Part shown: piece after piece, positions 1 to 12,162 of the stretch
Layout: each line of letters begins with the position of its first letter
How positions within the stretch are numbered: position 1 is the stretch's first letter
NCBI GenBank assembly: GCA_904063045.1
Contig: CAJFCJ010000043.1
Span: 1-59,362, forward strand
Source: Dimorphilus gyrociliatus
Taxonomy: Eukaryota; Animalia; Annelida
Direction of reading: 5' to 3'
Length of the DNA stretch: 59,362 nt
Program-made: the position numbers and the translations under genes
The notes under the pieces: model-generated
The model's database searches: none
Told to the model about the DNA's origin: nothing
Seen by the model: only the letters and a program-made list of their open reading frames with translations

Positions 1-337
1 CTTTTAAAACCTCTGATTTGTAAAATAGATGAAAGCTTTTACTTTGATTGCTTCAATGTAAAAAATTGAGTTTCAGTGATATATATGATTATAATTTTCA
101 AATATAGAAAAAGGAAGCATAAAGGAAATTATATTTTATTACATAAAAAAATTTTCACACCCACTCCAATGAAGGAATGAACCTGGAACAGGCTATTACA
201 GCAAGACTCAATTTAAAGAAACTCACTTTGGAAACTCATGATAAGTCTGGAAAGAGATTGGCTGAAGATGTTTCAATAAAGTTTAGAAACCATGTTAAAG
301 ACTTACCTCAATTAGAATCTATGAAATGCACAGCCAA

Positions 338-2969
338 GGGTCAGGGAAAACTCGTCCCTGGGAAAAGCTGTCCCCTTTTTGTAAAAGCAAGTTTTATCAT
401 TTTTAAAAGAAATAATAGGAAAAGTGTATATAATATATTTAATGAAAAATAAGAAATTTATCAGAGTTAACAATCTAAACACAACATAAAAATGTTGAAT
501 ATATGAAAATCACAAATTAAAGATGTTAATCAGAATAAATGTTTGCTGTTTTTTCCAATAGATCAAATGCTGTTATTTGACCAAATTTATATTCATCCCA
601 TATGTCAAAAATTTTCTTTTGTTTTGTTTTTTGTCATTTACCTTTGATATTTTCTTAATTTCTTTTCAGTTAGAAGTTTTTGAAAAACTGGAATCAAAGA
701 AGCTTCATGTTTCAAGCAATCTACTAATAAGTAGAAGCAAGAATTAGGCAAAGTTTTTTCATTAAGTCTCCTATGCCATGCTTCAACATCATTATTTGTG
801 CGAATACTCATTCCAAAAACAGACCAGCTTTCTGGTGTCCAAATAGAATTTCTAATTCAGGTATTTTCTATATATTCATACAAATCTTTATATACATTTT
901 TCTCAAAACCTTCTTCTTTGAAAGATGAAAAAATATGGGGTATTACTTTAGAAGGAAGAAAAGGAAGAGCCAATAAATTTCTCATCATATTTTTACAGGT
1001 CAGCCTAGTTTTATATTCAGTTGCATATCCCAAATTCTAAAAACATGAAATGATTATATAATAAAACTATGTAATATAATATATTACTTGGATTTTTCTG
1101 AAAACTGCTTGTGTCCAATGGAAAACACATCCTTGAATTGGTACATTAGGATAAACAGATGATAAAGCAGTCCATAATCCTAACTTATAATCAGCAAATA
1201 ACTTTTTTTGTTTGGAATAATTTGTAATTGTTTGAATTTCCTAGAGAATATGATGAAATTTAGAGGTTAGACGAAATGTTTATCAACTTACCCTTAATAC
1301 TTGTTTATATGCTTTCTTCTTCTTTGATGTCATGAAAAAAAATGCCAAAGGAATCTGCTTTGTTTCTTCATCTTTTTTGATAAAAGAATGGATGGTTGAA
1401 CAAATGGTTCTCTGACAACCTTAAATGTACCATCCAGATACCAAACTTTGCTTTTGGATAAAAGGTCACACTGTTGCTTGGAAGCAAATATGATTATTCT
1501 CTGATTTCCAAATGAAACATCTCTTTGCAGGAAATCATCAGGAAGAAAATCAATATTTATCTCAAAAAATGGATCATTTGATGTTATAGGTCTTTTCTTC
1601 TGTCTGGTTATATTAGCTTATCTTCACAAATTTTCCATATTTGGCAAACTATTCTCCTTAGCTGAACATTTTAATAAAATATCTTCAGCAATTTTTCTGC
1701 CTGATGACCTGACATCATTATTACAAATACTTCTTAGTTCTCTCCTTGCCTTTATACTTGATATTAGACTCTTCCTTTTTTCATGGTTATGATTTATATG
1801 ACTTGAGACAAATATATTTCCTCTTTGTTTGATTGTTGCAGGACAAATGTTTTTTTTTATTTCTGACAGTGCATCTCCAAATTATCATATTCTCACTTCT
1901 TTTCTTTATATTAAAAGCTAATCCATCATGTGATAGAATGTCTTTACCTCTCTGGCTTTGTCCATGAAGAAGTGTGAATTTTTCATTTTGATCTGCTTTT
2001 TCTTCCTCATTCACTTCAAAAGAATCCTCTATAAAATTATTACAATCCATACTATTTACAATAGTCAGATCAGCTTCCACTTGTTGATTTTCAGAAATAT
2101 TATCATTATTTGTGGCATCAAAAATGACATTTTCATCCAATCTCTTTAGTCTAATAAGACATGTTTTCTTAGTAATCATATTACAAGATTAACACAAGCC
2201 TCCACTCATTTCTGCTTCAATTAAATAAATAAATGAAATATCTTAAAATCAATTGAATAATTACCTATACACATATGATTGCAATATATGCATTTCAATG
2301 TCAATTTGGGGAATGGTTCACAAAGATTGCAAATCTACTGAGTTGGATCTTTAAAAAAGAGCTTATTAAATATAAATAGATATATCTATATATTAATGAA
2401 AAGACATCTACCTTTGAGACACTCTTGGTGGAGAAATTTTTTGAATTCAACACATTTTATCTTCTTTTGTCTACCATAAAATCGAATATTACATTATTGT
2501 TTGGACAAAGTGAAGCATCTTTGAGTTTAAGATTTCACTGGAAAAAAATGTAACAATCTATATATGAAATAAACATTTTTTTAACATTAAAATTATACTC
2601 ACATAATTGTGTCTCTATAGGCTAAGCAAATATAACAATATTAAATTTTACCTTCACACTTTCAAATCATGTAAACAGGAAGTAAGGGACTACTTTCTTT
2701 GTCATGAAATACACCTGGTAATGCAGAGTTTGATATCTACCAGTTTTCTCAAAAGCAGAGTTTTAGTTTGCTAACTACTGTAACTACAATAAAAGGTTTC
2801 TCATTTTACAGTATATAAATTTCTTATACTTTCGTTTACAAATGATAAAACTTGCTGTTACCAAAAGGGGATGAGTTTTCCCAAAAAAGAGGACGACTTT
2901 TCCCAAAAAAGGGGATGAGTTTTCCCAAAAAGGGGACGACTTTTCCCAGGGATGAGTTTTCCCACTCCC
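338..2969 (-). mobile_element. Mutator (MULE/Phantom-like) DNA transposon with TIRs, subterminal repeats and 9-bp TSD
   Basis: TSD CACAGCCAA at 329-337 and 2970-2978. Left end GGGTCAGGGAAAACTCGTCCCTGGGAAAAG vs right end (rc) GGGAGTGGGAAAACTCATCCCTGGGAAAAG. Tandem subterminal GGGAAAA(C/G)TC(A/G)TCCCC repeats at 2866-2965. Confidence 0.9.
755..2179 (-). pseudogene. Degenerate FLYWCH + MULE transposase of the 338-2969 element (intron-containing)
   Basis: FLYWCH-like SQRGKDILSHDGLAFNIKKRSENMIIWRC (ORF 1787-2179); W.DGTFKVV near 1420-1450; ADYKLGLWTALSSVYPNVPIQGCVFHWTQAVFRKIQ near 1090-1200; WTPESWSVFGMSIRTNNDVEAWHRRLN near 765-850. Frameshifts and stops throughout. Confidence 0.85.
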
Positions 2970-3993
2970 CACAGCCAATAGATATAAGGAAAACCATAGA
3001 CCAAAACATACAACAGATATATTTCTTGAACTAAACATGAATGAAATCCCAAAAGGATTTTTACTAAAGGATATTAAAGGAAAAAACCATAGAAATATAG
3101 TTATCAGTACAAAGCACCAGCTTGAATTGTTAGCAAAGTGAAAATATGGTTTGTTGATGGAACAACCTCCATTCTACCAACTGTTTCCTATTCATGGTTT
3201 TAAAAGGAAAACTTGTGAATATCATCAAATTCACTTGGTATTTGTTTTGATGAGTGGCAAAAAATGAAAATATTACTATTTAATGTCCAATTTAAGATGC
3301 TGTCAAATGTTTTCAAAAGAATTATTTACATGTCAATTATATAATTGCAGATGGTATAAAAAAATCTACAAAAGTTTTGCCTCATAATTTGCATTCAAAC
3401 TCTTGACAGAAAAAATGGCTAAAAACTTATGGAATAAATTGTGGAATCTAGAAAACAGCATCAACTCTTATGATAAGAAAGCTGAAGATTATGAAAGGAA
3501 GCTAGAAGAATTTGAAAATGAATATTTAGATAAATACAGCAATGAGTTATGGTACCATTATTACTTGTGATATTTGCTGTTCTTTTAACAACTAACATAT
3601 TTAAGGTTCCCCAACCCTTATAAATATCCAAAATTTCAAATATTTTCCTCTCTATATCACCATATTTTTTTCTCTGATACATTGATAATCTTTGATTCTG
3701 GATGCTGACCTACTTCTATCCAAACTCTGTGTCCTATACACAGATGGAATGAAGCATTATTATCCATGCATTACTAGCATATTTGAAGTGCATTGAGTAG
3801 AAGTTGCTAATGAAAGTGTCAAGCCTCCTTCCTAAAGAGTGTTATCAATCAAAATGGAACATGGTTATAATTATTCAATAACCACGTGGTAATGGTTATA
3901 ATTCTATTTTGAATAACATTGTTGTCAGTCCAGATAAATTGTAGGTATTTTACAAAAGTGTTGTCAAATAGAACTAAGTTTTAGTAAATATTT

Positions 3994-5630
3994 TTATTTA
4001 CCTAATACTGTACAATTACTCAATAAATTATCTCTTGATTTAAACTGTTCTGAATGCAAGAAACACCATCTATCAGATAATTTCCTTAATGTCTTTGATG
4101 ATGGAAAAAGTCCATTACAAATATCAGCATACCCATCTCCCATAGATGGATTTGCCCTTAAATCTACTTCTTCAATTCTAGAGCATCTTTGCAACAGCTT
4201 TCCTATTGATCTACATTGATTTTCATCTAGATTACACCATCCAATATAAAGATATTTTAAAGTATTTGATGATCTTATAAGATTTTCACAAATATTTTCC
4301 AATCCATTGCCCATATATTCATTTTTTCCCAAGTCAATTGTTTCAATTTGAGAGCATTTTCTCAATAAATTTCCTATTGATTCACATTGATTCTCTTCCA
4401 AATGGCATAATCTAAAATGGAGATGCTTTAAATTATTTGAAGATAGAATAAGGCCTTCACAAATATATTGCAATCCATTTCCCATTTGCTTATTACCATT
4501 TAGATTGAGTATTTCTATTTTAAAACAATTTTTCAACAAATTTCCAATTGATTTGCATAAGTCTAAATCTAAAATACAATTACCAAAATAGAGATGTTTT
4601 AAACTGTACGATGATTGAAATAGAACTTTATTAATATTGGATAATCCATTTTTCAGCTGAATAATTCCTTCTAGGTGTAATGTTTCAATTTTGGTGAATT
4701 TCAACAGATTTCCCAAAGATTTACACTGATTTTCATTTAAATAACACCATCCAAAAAACAAATGTCTTAATTTATTTGTTGATTGAATAAGTCCTTTACA
4801 AACATTATGGATTCCATCACCAATTCCATGATTTTCTTCAAGATGTAATGTTTCAATGTTTGAGCAGTTTTTCAGTAATTCTCCAAGCAATTCACACTGT
4901 TCCTCATCTAACGAACACGACTTAAAATTGAGATATTTTAAAGTCTTCGACGATTGACATAGTCCTCTAAAAATATTTGATAATCCTATTCCCATTACAA
5001 AATTCTCAGTTAGACTTATTGTTTCAAGTTTACAACAATTGTTCAAAAGATTTCCTATAGATTCGCATTGTTTTTCATTTAACTGACAACAATTGCAATA
5101 GATATGTTTCAAATTTTTTGATGATTGTAAAAGTCCTACACAAATATTTTCTACTCCTTTTCCCATCTCTCTATTCCCTTGAAGATTAATTGTTTCTATT
5201 TTGTAACTATTCTTTAAGAAATTTCCTATAATTTTGCAATTTTCTTCCTTTATTGAACATTTTATAAATTTGATTTCTTTCAAAGTATTTAAAGATTTTG
5301 ATAGACTTTTACAGATATCTTCCATTGAAATTTTCTGCAAACTATATGATTTCTTCTATCACCTATTTATTTAGTTTGTCGGCCATTTAAAAAATTTTCA
5401 AATACACTTCAAATGATTTTACGATGTCCGGAAACTTTTTGCCTATATTTCTAAAACATGTTGTAACAACCTTTGACTGGTCTTTTTCAATCAGAAAATA
5501 ACTATTCCAATAATTTTCAATTGTTTTTAGGCCAAGTGTAGATTCCTTCAAAACAGTTTGACAATTTTCCAAAGATTTTCAACAGTTGAAAATTGTACAT
5601 GCAAGTGGACAATTTTGGCTCCATCTACTG
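3994..5630 (-). pseudogene. Ribonuclease-inhibitor-like LRR protein (NLR-type LRR region) with disrupted 5' part
   Basis: 448-aa ORF of about 7 57-aa double-LRR units (IETINLQGNREMGKGVENIC..LKHIYCNCCQLNEKQCESIGNLL). Upstream pieces (5387-5572 and an exon after a cag acceptor near 5630) are out of frame with it. Confidence 0.75.
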
Positions 5631-5920
5631 TGAAGAAAGTGAGTATTTTTTTTGTTTATGTTTCTACAAAAGAAACATTGATGACAAATTCAGCAAATCA
5701 AATTAAAAAGATTAAAAGGATGCTATTCTCTGAATAAGGAAAAATGTTTAACCAGAGTTGATAATTTAAGAGGATTTCTCTTCCAGTACAAATATATTAT
5801 TTAAATTTGAATCCTAAAATCATAGAGTAAATAACCAAAAATGCCAGCCTATATTTGTTATAGATATTTTTAAAGAGTTGTATTAAAATAATACTACAAC
5901 ATCCTTATAGAGAAGTCTGT

Positions 5921-6401
5921 TTATACTACTAGATGTAATGTTGCCATAAGACATGCAAAAGAAACAATTAAGCCTCCTACTATAGCTATAAAAGAACAAA
6001 CAATTGCATATCTTGCCCTTCTAATACCTTCTTCAGTATTACCAATTCATTTTGCTTCTCTACTTTTTAAACTGTTGTATATTGATAAAATTCCAAAGCA
6101 GATGCAGCAGAAACATCATATTGCCAAAGTTATACTCAATCTCTATAAAGAAAGAAAGAAAAAAAAAGCATAATTAGAAACATTAATATGATTAAAAAAA
6201 AATTCTATTCACATGTACCATAGTATCACCAACAGCTTTAAATTTAATATTTGCATTATTTCTACCTTGAAGCAATATCTTTATAATTTTATGTTCATTC
6301 AATAATGGTTGATCAACTACAACTGTTGTTGAATTAGTTGAATTTAAAACTTGATTACTACTAGGCATATTTCCACAATTTTTTACCAAACGTTGGATCA
6401 T
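5921..6401 (-). pseudogene. CD225/dispanin (IFITM/PRRT-family) membrane protein with two in-frame TGA
   Basis: Exon 1 6401-6219 (GT at 6218), exon 2 6142-5921 (AG at 6144-6143) reads RLSITLAI*CFCCICFGILSIYNSLKSREAK*IGNTEEGIRRARYAIVCSFIAIVGGLIVSFACLMATLHLVV*. This is the CD225 pattern: Cys cluster, G-I-(V/L)-(A/S)-I, helix, G-(D/N)-x-E-x-A, second hydrophobic segment. Confidence 0.75.
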
Positions 6402-7469
6402 TAAGATAAATCTTTAAGAAAATTTTTTTCAGTTGAGAAATTTCTATAGTCACTTTAATAAATCAAATGATTTTGAAAGAAAAACACTATAGTTTACTAT
6501 ATGTAAATATTTAATATTAAAGGCTTATCAAAATTAATCCAAAAAATATTGTTTGCATATTAAAGAGGATGAAGTAAATTCTATTTATAGAACAGTAACT
6601 GTTGGGATGAATTCATTTAGTAGAGAAATATGTTGTGTCACAGGATCAACATGAAGTGGATTTAATGAAATATATGTTGATTTTATATATTTATATATAC
6701 AAGTTAATATTTTAGTAGAAAAAATTTGGTTGAGTTTCCAGTTAAAATTCGTGTTCTTTCAAGCCATTACTTTACTCTAATGTTAACTTTTTCAAGTTTC
6801 AAGCTGTTTTTCATAAGATTTACTAAACTTTTAACATTTTCATTATTCAAATTATAACTCTTTAATGTTAATTTTTCTTATAGTCTGAAATGAATTTAAG
6901 ATTCATTGACAAATATTTGATAATCTATTTTCACATTTTCTAATTTTCTGATAAATTTAAAATTTTAATTTCAGCACATTTTCTCAATAGAGCTTTTTCA
7001 ATTATTTTACTTTGATATAAATGTCCTAAATCTAGTTGAAAAGGAAATTTTGTCTTTGATCATACACTAGTTTGCTTACTTGACAATCTGCTATTAAAAA
7101 TTACCTAATCTGCTATTCAACTTTTATATTGTAATATTCCAATAAAAATATTATATTATATTGTAACTATTCCAATAAAAACAATTGTTCAAAGTCTAGT
7201 AACAATACTTACTTTCTATTATAAAGTTGTACATTTTTTATAGGTTTAATTTTAGGCTTTTACAGTGTTTTGAATAATATGTGTACAATTTTTTAGCCTA
7301 TTAATAACAAATCTGCATTTTGACAAATGAAAAATAAGGATTTCAAACCAAAATATGAATAGCTTTGGCTTCTTTTCAGTTATATTAAATATGAATATGT
7401 CATTTGACAGGTGCAGCAATTATTATGAAGTTGATTAGAGAGGAGAACAAATAGGCAATAGCAGGAGGC

Positions 7470-9095
7470 ATGATGAAAAATTTTGAATTTTTTTACATTA
7501 CTACTATTCTTCTATTTGATGGAATAAATTTAATAAAAAGCAGTAGACAATGTAAGTAATAATATCCTTCAAAAAAACACTCTCTTTCTATGTTTACAAA
7601 ATCATTTATTTGAGTATGTAATCACTTTTTTTCTTACCTTTGTATGCTTTACTGAACATATGCTTTTGAAAGAAATTCAAGGACATAATATAGATACTAT
7701 AACCAATATCAATGTTGAAGAATGTAAATTAAAGTGTATTGAAAATCTTAATTGCAAGTAAAATAATTTTTTTAAATCAATATTTAAAAATTTAGATTTT
7801 TATTTACTAATTTCTAAAACAAATATTTGTCAACTATTGTTCTAATTTTAGGAAAGATTATTTTTGGTTTAAGAAAGGAGAATTTAAAAGTGAAATATTA
7901 TGAAATTTATATAAATCTATTCTCATCACATTTTTTTATGTTTTTTTTAAATAGATCAATTGACTACAAAATTACAGAAAACAAATGTTTTCTAAATTCA
8001 TTTAATCACCACAAACGTCCTGACCTATTTAGACAGGATAATAGCTTTGAATACTATGGTCCAAAAGATGGGCAATGCGATAATATCAATGTCCCCACTA
8101 GATGTTCTGCAGTCTCCAATAGAAAATGTGGATCAGATTCTACTAGTCAGGCACATTGCATAACATTTGGGTGTTGTTATTCAAACAATAAATGTCACTA
8201 TGACAACACATTTGTACCTGGTTTTGTACAAATATTAAGAAAAGCACAATTTACAACTTATTTAAAAGTTGATATTTCTGTAAGCTTAGAACAATGTTCT
8301 ATGAAATGTTTATCATTGTCAAATTGTAGATGTTTCACCTATAATTTTCAAACTACTGCTTGTATTTTAAGTTCTGAAGTATGTAGGGCTCAAGTTGATT
8401 TTTTAGGTGAAACTGCCTCCTATGATAGAATTTCATTCAAATCAATAAGTTGTTTTTTATCAAATTGTAATCTTCTTGATCAATTTGCTGTACAACATCT
8501 TTATGGTTGTAGAGATATATGCAAATCTGATAGTAAATGTGAATTCTTTGTCTATAAAAATGATTTTCGTCCTAATTGTTGTTCAACTGTAGAAAATTTT
8601 AATTGCAATTTGCTTTCTGATTTACACAAATATGATAATTATGTAACCAGCTGCTTTGATGGACCAATACTTAAAGATACCAATCAGCAAAAGGATGAAA
8701 AATTGATAAAAATTACTGATAGTATAAATCCTGAAACTTGTATTGATATCAACCCAACAAAAGATTTTACCTTGAGAATACCATGGCCTTCTGTTGATCA
8801 TTTAAATCCCGATTTTGAAATTGAAATTTCAGGATATCATTTCAAAAAATGTATAAATAAAGCAGAAGAATTACCTTTAGCTGGAATTTTGGCATAAGTT
8901 CCAGCAGATCATCAAGTTGACCCAAAATTTAATGAAAAATTTATTAGTTGGTCATTATTATCTGGTGATAATATATCAAATTGTAAATATTTCTGTAGTT
9001 GTAGATTACAATACTGTGAAGCAGTTTATATCAAAGCATTTCATGATTCAAGTGAAAATATGAAAGTTTGCCATTATCAAATAATCAATTTTTAA
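7470..9095 (+). pseudogene. Secreted multi-PAN/Apple + trefoil-like Cys-rich protein with premature TAA
   Basis: Leader exon 7470-7551 (gtaagt). PAN motif IQGHNIDTITNINVEECKLKCIENLNCK|SIDYKITENKCFLNS spans an intron. Trefoil-like RKCGSDSTSQAHCITFGCCYSNNKCHY, then two more PAN-like units. TAA at 8895-8897, but the same frame continues 65 codons to TAA 9093-9095. The exon-2 acceptor is not identifiable. Confidence 0.7.
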
Positions 9096-9719
9096 AGAAA
9101 AAGAGAAAAAAAACTCCCTGTTTCTTGTCTAATTAATGTTTCTCTGTAGTGTTAAATGATTAGACAAATAGTCTAACAATTAACATTGTTGTCTTTGAAA
9201 TATTTTACCACTATTGAATATATTCTAATAAGTAAATATTGAGTGACTTTAATACACTTTCAAACAATTATATTATTTATGAATTATTATAGCTCTATCT
9301 AGCAGGTACACAAGGGTTTTACTCCTCCAGAAGTACTGATTTTGCTGATTCACTACTTTCCATACCAAGTCAGTCTGCTAGACAAATCAATTCACAGTAC
9401 TGAAGAGCCTCCCTTAACCAGTGGCCAAATTGATTTACCTATTGGTCATAATCTAGGACAGGACCTTCTACATGCATATCTTAGTCCTATCAAGTGATAT
9501 TCAACAAAAAATTACACTTTTGTTAAATACACTCTTGGATGGATTTGAACTACTTCCACCTATAATGAAACTACCCAATCAAATGTAACAAACTAGTTGT
9601 TTATAAATAATCAATACACAATTTATTTCATAAACCCAAAGTTGCATATTATAAAATGTTTTCTGCTAATAATATTAATATGAGTTTTTTGGTTGCCACC
9701 TACCTCTCAAGTTGTGTTT

Positions 9720-9896
9720 TCTTTTACCCTAACCCTAACCAAGCCCTTAGCTGTACCTAACCTTTTGCATTAGCCCTAACCCTTAGGGAAGACCCTCCTA
9801 AGTACAAATCAGTTGCTCTCTTCTTCTTCCTAACCATTTCTCAATCCAAATTTTTGTCTTGAAATTTCTCATTTATGGACGTTTTCTGTCGACCCC
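9720..9896 (-). mobile_element. Non-autonomous Mutator-type MITE carrying TTAGGG-like repeats
   Basis: Terminus GGGGTCGACAGAAAACGTCC (rc of 9877-9896) and internal CCCTAACCCTAACC module match copies at 29798-30083, 57650-57813 and 58087-58255. Confidence 0.75.
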
Positions 9897-10339
9897 ATTT
9901 GTCAGCTATACTCTACATTCATATCTACAGCAGTATTGCATACACAATACTGTTCTACATAATATGCATTAATCAGGTGTGCTTTCTCCTTATATACTGA
10001 TGCTAAAGTTATTAACTCAATATTATTATTAAAGTAGAAAACAACAACAGTCAAATATGTATAATACTTATGTTTTCTTGATTGTTTAACTTGTCCTCTA
10101 AAAATTGTTACATTTTATGCAACTCTCCAACCTTCAAAATTCAACTATTACTTGGAAGAGAAAAACAAAAAAACATGACCATATTTAGAACTTTTCTTTG
10201 TCTTAAAATGTTACTTTTCCTTTTGTGAATATTGAAATTTGTAAACTATCAATCCTTAAAAATACAAATCTTTGACAAATATAAAATACTATTCTTACAT
10301 TGTTAAGTAGTGTGCTTTCTAACTGAAGCAGAGTTAAAA

Positions 10340-10480
10340 AAAATAAAGGTAAATAAAAAGTAATGTTTTCCTGAGGGCTTGGAACAATTTTGTCCCATCT
10401 TTTATAAACTTTAAACAAAGTCATGCTGTTACGATAATTTCCTATATGTTTCAGAATCTCTTCCATCAAAAACACAAGAA
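10340..10480 (-). repeat. Interspersed repeat (possible LINE 3' relic); inverted copy at about 13120-13250
   Basis: GAAGAGATTCTGAAA..ATAGGAAA..AGCATGACTTTGTTTAAA.TTTATAAAAG..GGACAAAATTGTTCCA..CTCAGGAAAACATTACT is shared between the two sites in opposite orientation. Confidence 0.75.
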
Positions 10481-10624
10481 GTAATAATAAATATGTCATT
10501 CTTTGTATGTAAAACATTTTGCTTATGTTTTTAAGTAGACAATGAATTTATTTGTATTGAAATATATTTAGTCAGTCATGTTGTCTTCAATCCATTGACA
10601 ATAAAATAATAATACTTAAGCAAG

Positions 10625-10880
10625 TAACAATATGAGAGTTCAATAGCAGAGTAGATAGTTCGTAATAGCAGGTTGCCAAATTAACAAACTGTCTTCCAAC
10701 ATTGAGGAGTAGATGGATGGTTCCAGTGGAGGTTGTTTCCAGGTTATCTTCCCAGGTTGTTGAGTCCAGATAGGAATGCTTAGAATGAAAATAGTGAGGA
10801 TTTATATACTTTGAGGTTTGTCTCTGACATCCAATCATCACTTTACAGTTGGTGAAATGTGTAGTTCATATTTATGTTTA
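10625..10880. repeat. Interspersed repeat with copies at about 15120-15240 (inverted) and 56500-56660 (direct, internally deleted)
   Basis: Shared GTAATAGCAGGTTGCCAAAT and ATCCAATCATCACTTTACA.TTG..GAA.TGT.TAGTT.ATATTTATGTTTA blocks; class unknown. Confidence 0.7.
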
Positions 10881-10909
10881 GTAACAGGATGTTACAAGGT
10901 TGAACATTT

Positions 10910-11030
10910 AGAAGGTTAATTGAATTATAACTTGGCCACACCTTAGGAAAAGTTAATTAAATTAAAACTTGGCCAAACCTTTATTTGTAATTAAAGATGA
11001 GCCTTCAAGCTGATTAATCAAACCTCTTTT
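10910..11030 (+). repeat. Short interspersed repeat; direct copy at about 20355-20440
   Basis: Shared GTTAATTGAATTATA.CTT..CCA..C and GA(T/G)CTGAGCCTTCAAGCTGA.TAATCA.ACCT-like blocks. Confidence 0.65.
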
Positions 11031-11225
11031 TGGCAATATAACCTTCAACAGAATGTCCACCAGGAGCTGTAACTGTTTCATCAATGTAATAGACTCCCTC
11101 TAAACTTGCAACAAAAAAATTCCTCTGTTTATCCCAAGCATTTCTTATATCAAATCTAAGATATTCAAACTTAATTGTTGACAAACTATTAAGTGAGCAG
11201 TTAAACACTGGTTTTCATCCAACAT
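11014..11225 (-). pseudogene. C1q globular-domain fragment
   Basis: KPVFNCSL..TIKFEYLRFDIRNAWDKQRNFFVASLEGVYYIDETVTAPGGHSVEGYI fits the C1q pattern (AFSA..I.FD...N.GNAY....G.F.AP..GVYYF..TV). Truncated, with an upstream stop. Confidence 0.6.
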
Positions 11226-11287
11226 CAATACTAACTGCTGGTAGATAAGGATCTAATTTAAAGGCTATTAAATGCTGTTTCTTTTCC

Positions 11288-11510
11288 AATAGTACTACTA
11301 ATAAAGCTATTAAAAGAAAACCACCAACTTACAATATCAGTGATTGGGTACACATAAGAAATGAAAACATTGGTCAAGGAATGAACAGAATAAATGAAAG
11401 CAAATGTAGTGGACCATATCTTGTAACTGCTACTGATACTACAAAATGTTTGTATGAATTAGAAATATTGGCAGATAAAGAAAATTCTATCATGCTAGTA
11501 GACATCCCAA
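11288..11510 (+). mobile_element. Ty3/Gypsy integrase C-terminal (GPY/F) fragment
   Basis: KRKPPTYNISDWVHIRNENIGQGMNRINESKCSGPYLV...CLYEL matches the F.VGD.V.L....K..GPY.V...Y.L motif. Confidence 0.65.
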
Positions 11511-11775
11511 AATAGACCTACATGAGTTGCTACATAACAAGTCTGTACATCAGCACCTGCTAATAAATAAAATATAACAATTTTCACATTCATTTTTTTG
11601 TTCTTTATTAATCTTCTTCTTTGAAAATAATTTTTGTAAATTTTAAACAATAAATTAGAGGTAATGAGGATGTGAATGTCAAATAAAGTCTTTCCTGTGT
11701 TCCTTTCCAAATTGAACACTAACAGCACGAGTAAGTTTCTGATTCCTTGTTCCATTTGAACATTTCCTTATCCTA
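11495..11775 (-). repeat. About 280-bp repeat with an inverted copy at about 14020-14290
   Basis: AAGGAAATGTTCAAATGGAACAAGGAATC.GA...TACTCGT..T.T.A.TGTTCAATTT..AAAGGAACA.AG.AAAGACTTTATTT.ACATTCACATCCTC...ATGTAGCAACTCAT.TAGGTCTAT.TTGGGATGT is shared. Confidence 0.85.
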
Positions 11776-12162
11776 TAATTATACTAAAAACTTTTAATGC
11801 CTTTTATATGTGTGAGATATACCACATGAACTGTATTTTTAACCAATACTTTATCTATATATTTGTTTTCTTTTCCTTGTACCAGAGTTGACACTGATTT
11901 GATACAAAAAAGAATCTTGTTATTGATATAGATTACATCAAGTGAATAAACATAAAATATAAATCATTTTTTATCAAACTTCTAATTGATTTATATACAA
12001 ATTTTGTATGAAAACGAAATTGATGATAATTGACTATATTTGAAATATTTCATTCAAAACATACTAAAGATTGTGGGAAATTATTAAAATCTCGCATCTG
12101 TAAACTTCAAAAATATTATATAAGGTGAAATAATTGTTCATTTAACAGAGAAACTTGCAGAG

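Larger units (their letters stand above)
177..3290 (+). mobile_element. Older MULE/Mutator transposase relic split by a younger MULE insertion (pieces about 177-337 and 2979-3290)
   Basis: Removing 338-2969 joins LPQLESMKCTA to NRYKENHRPK..TDIFLELNMNEIPKGFLLKDIKGKNHRNIVISTKHQLELLAK..WFVDGT..FYQLFPIHGF, the typical MULE pre-DDE and DDE-start region; stops and frameshifts present. Confidence 0.7.

Noticed and set aside
2866-2965. Short regularly spaced repeats here and at 28542-28640 as a CRISPR-like array
   Set aside because: There are no unique spacers or cas genes, the context is eukaryotic, and they sit inside TSD-bounded transposon ends.
2784-3052. ORFs 2784-3038, 2852-3034 and 2858-3052 with repetitive peptides
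   Set aside because: They are translations of the MULE subterminal tandem repeats.
10700-10810. HYFHSKHSYLDSTTWEDNL as a retroelement chromodomain
   Set aside because: Only the TWE..NL part resembles it; too weak to call.
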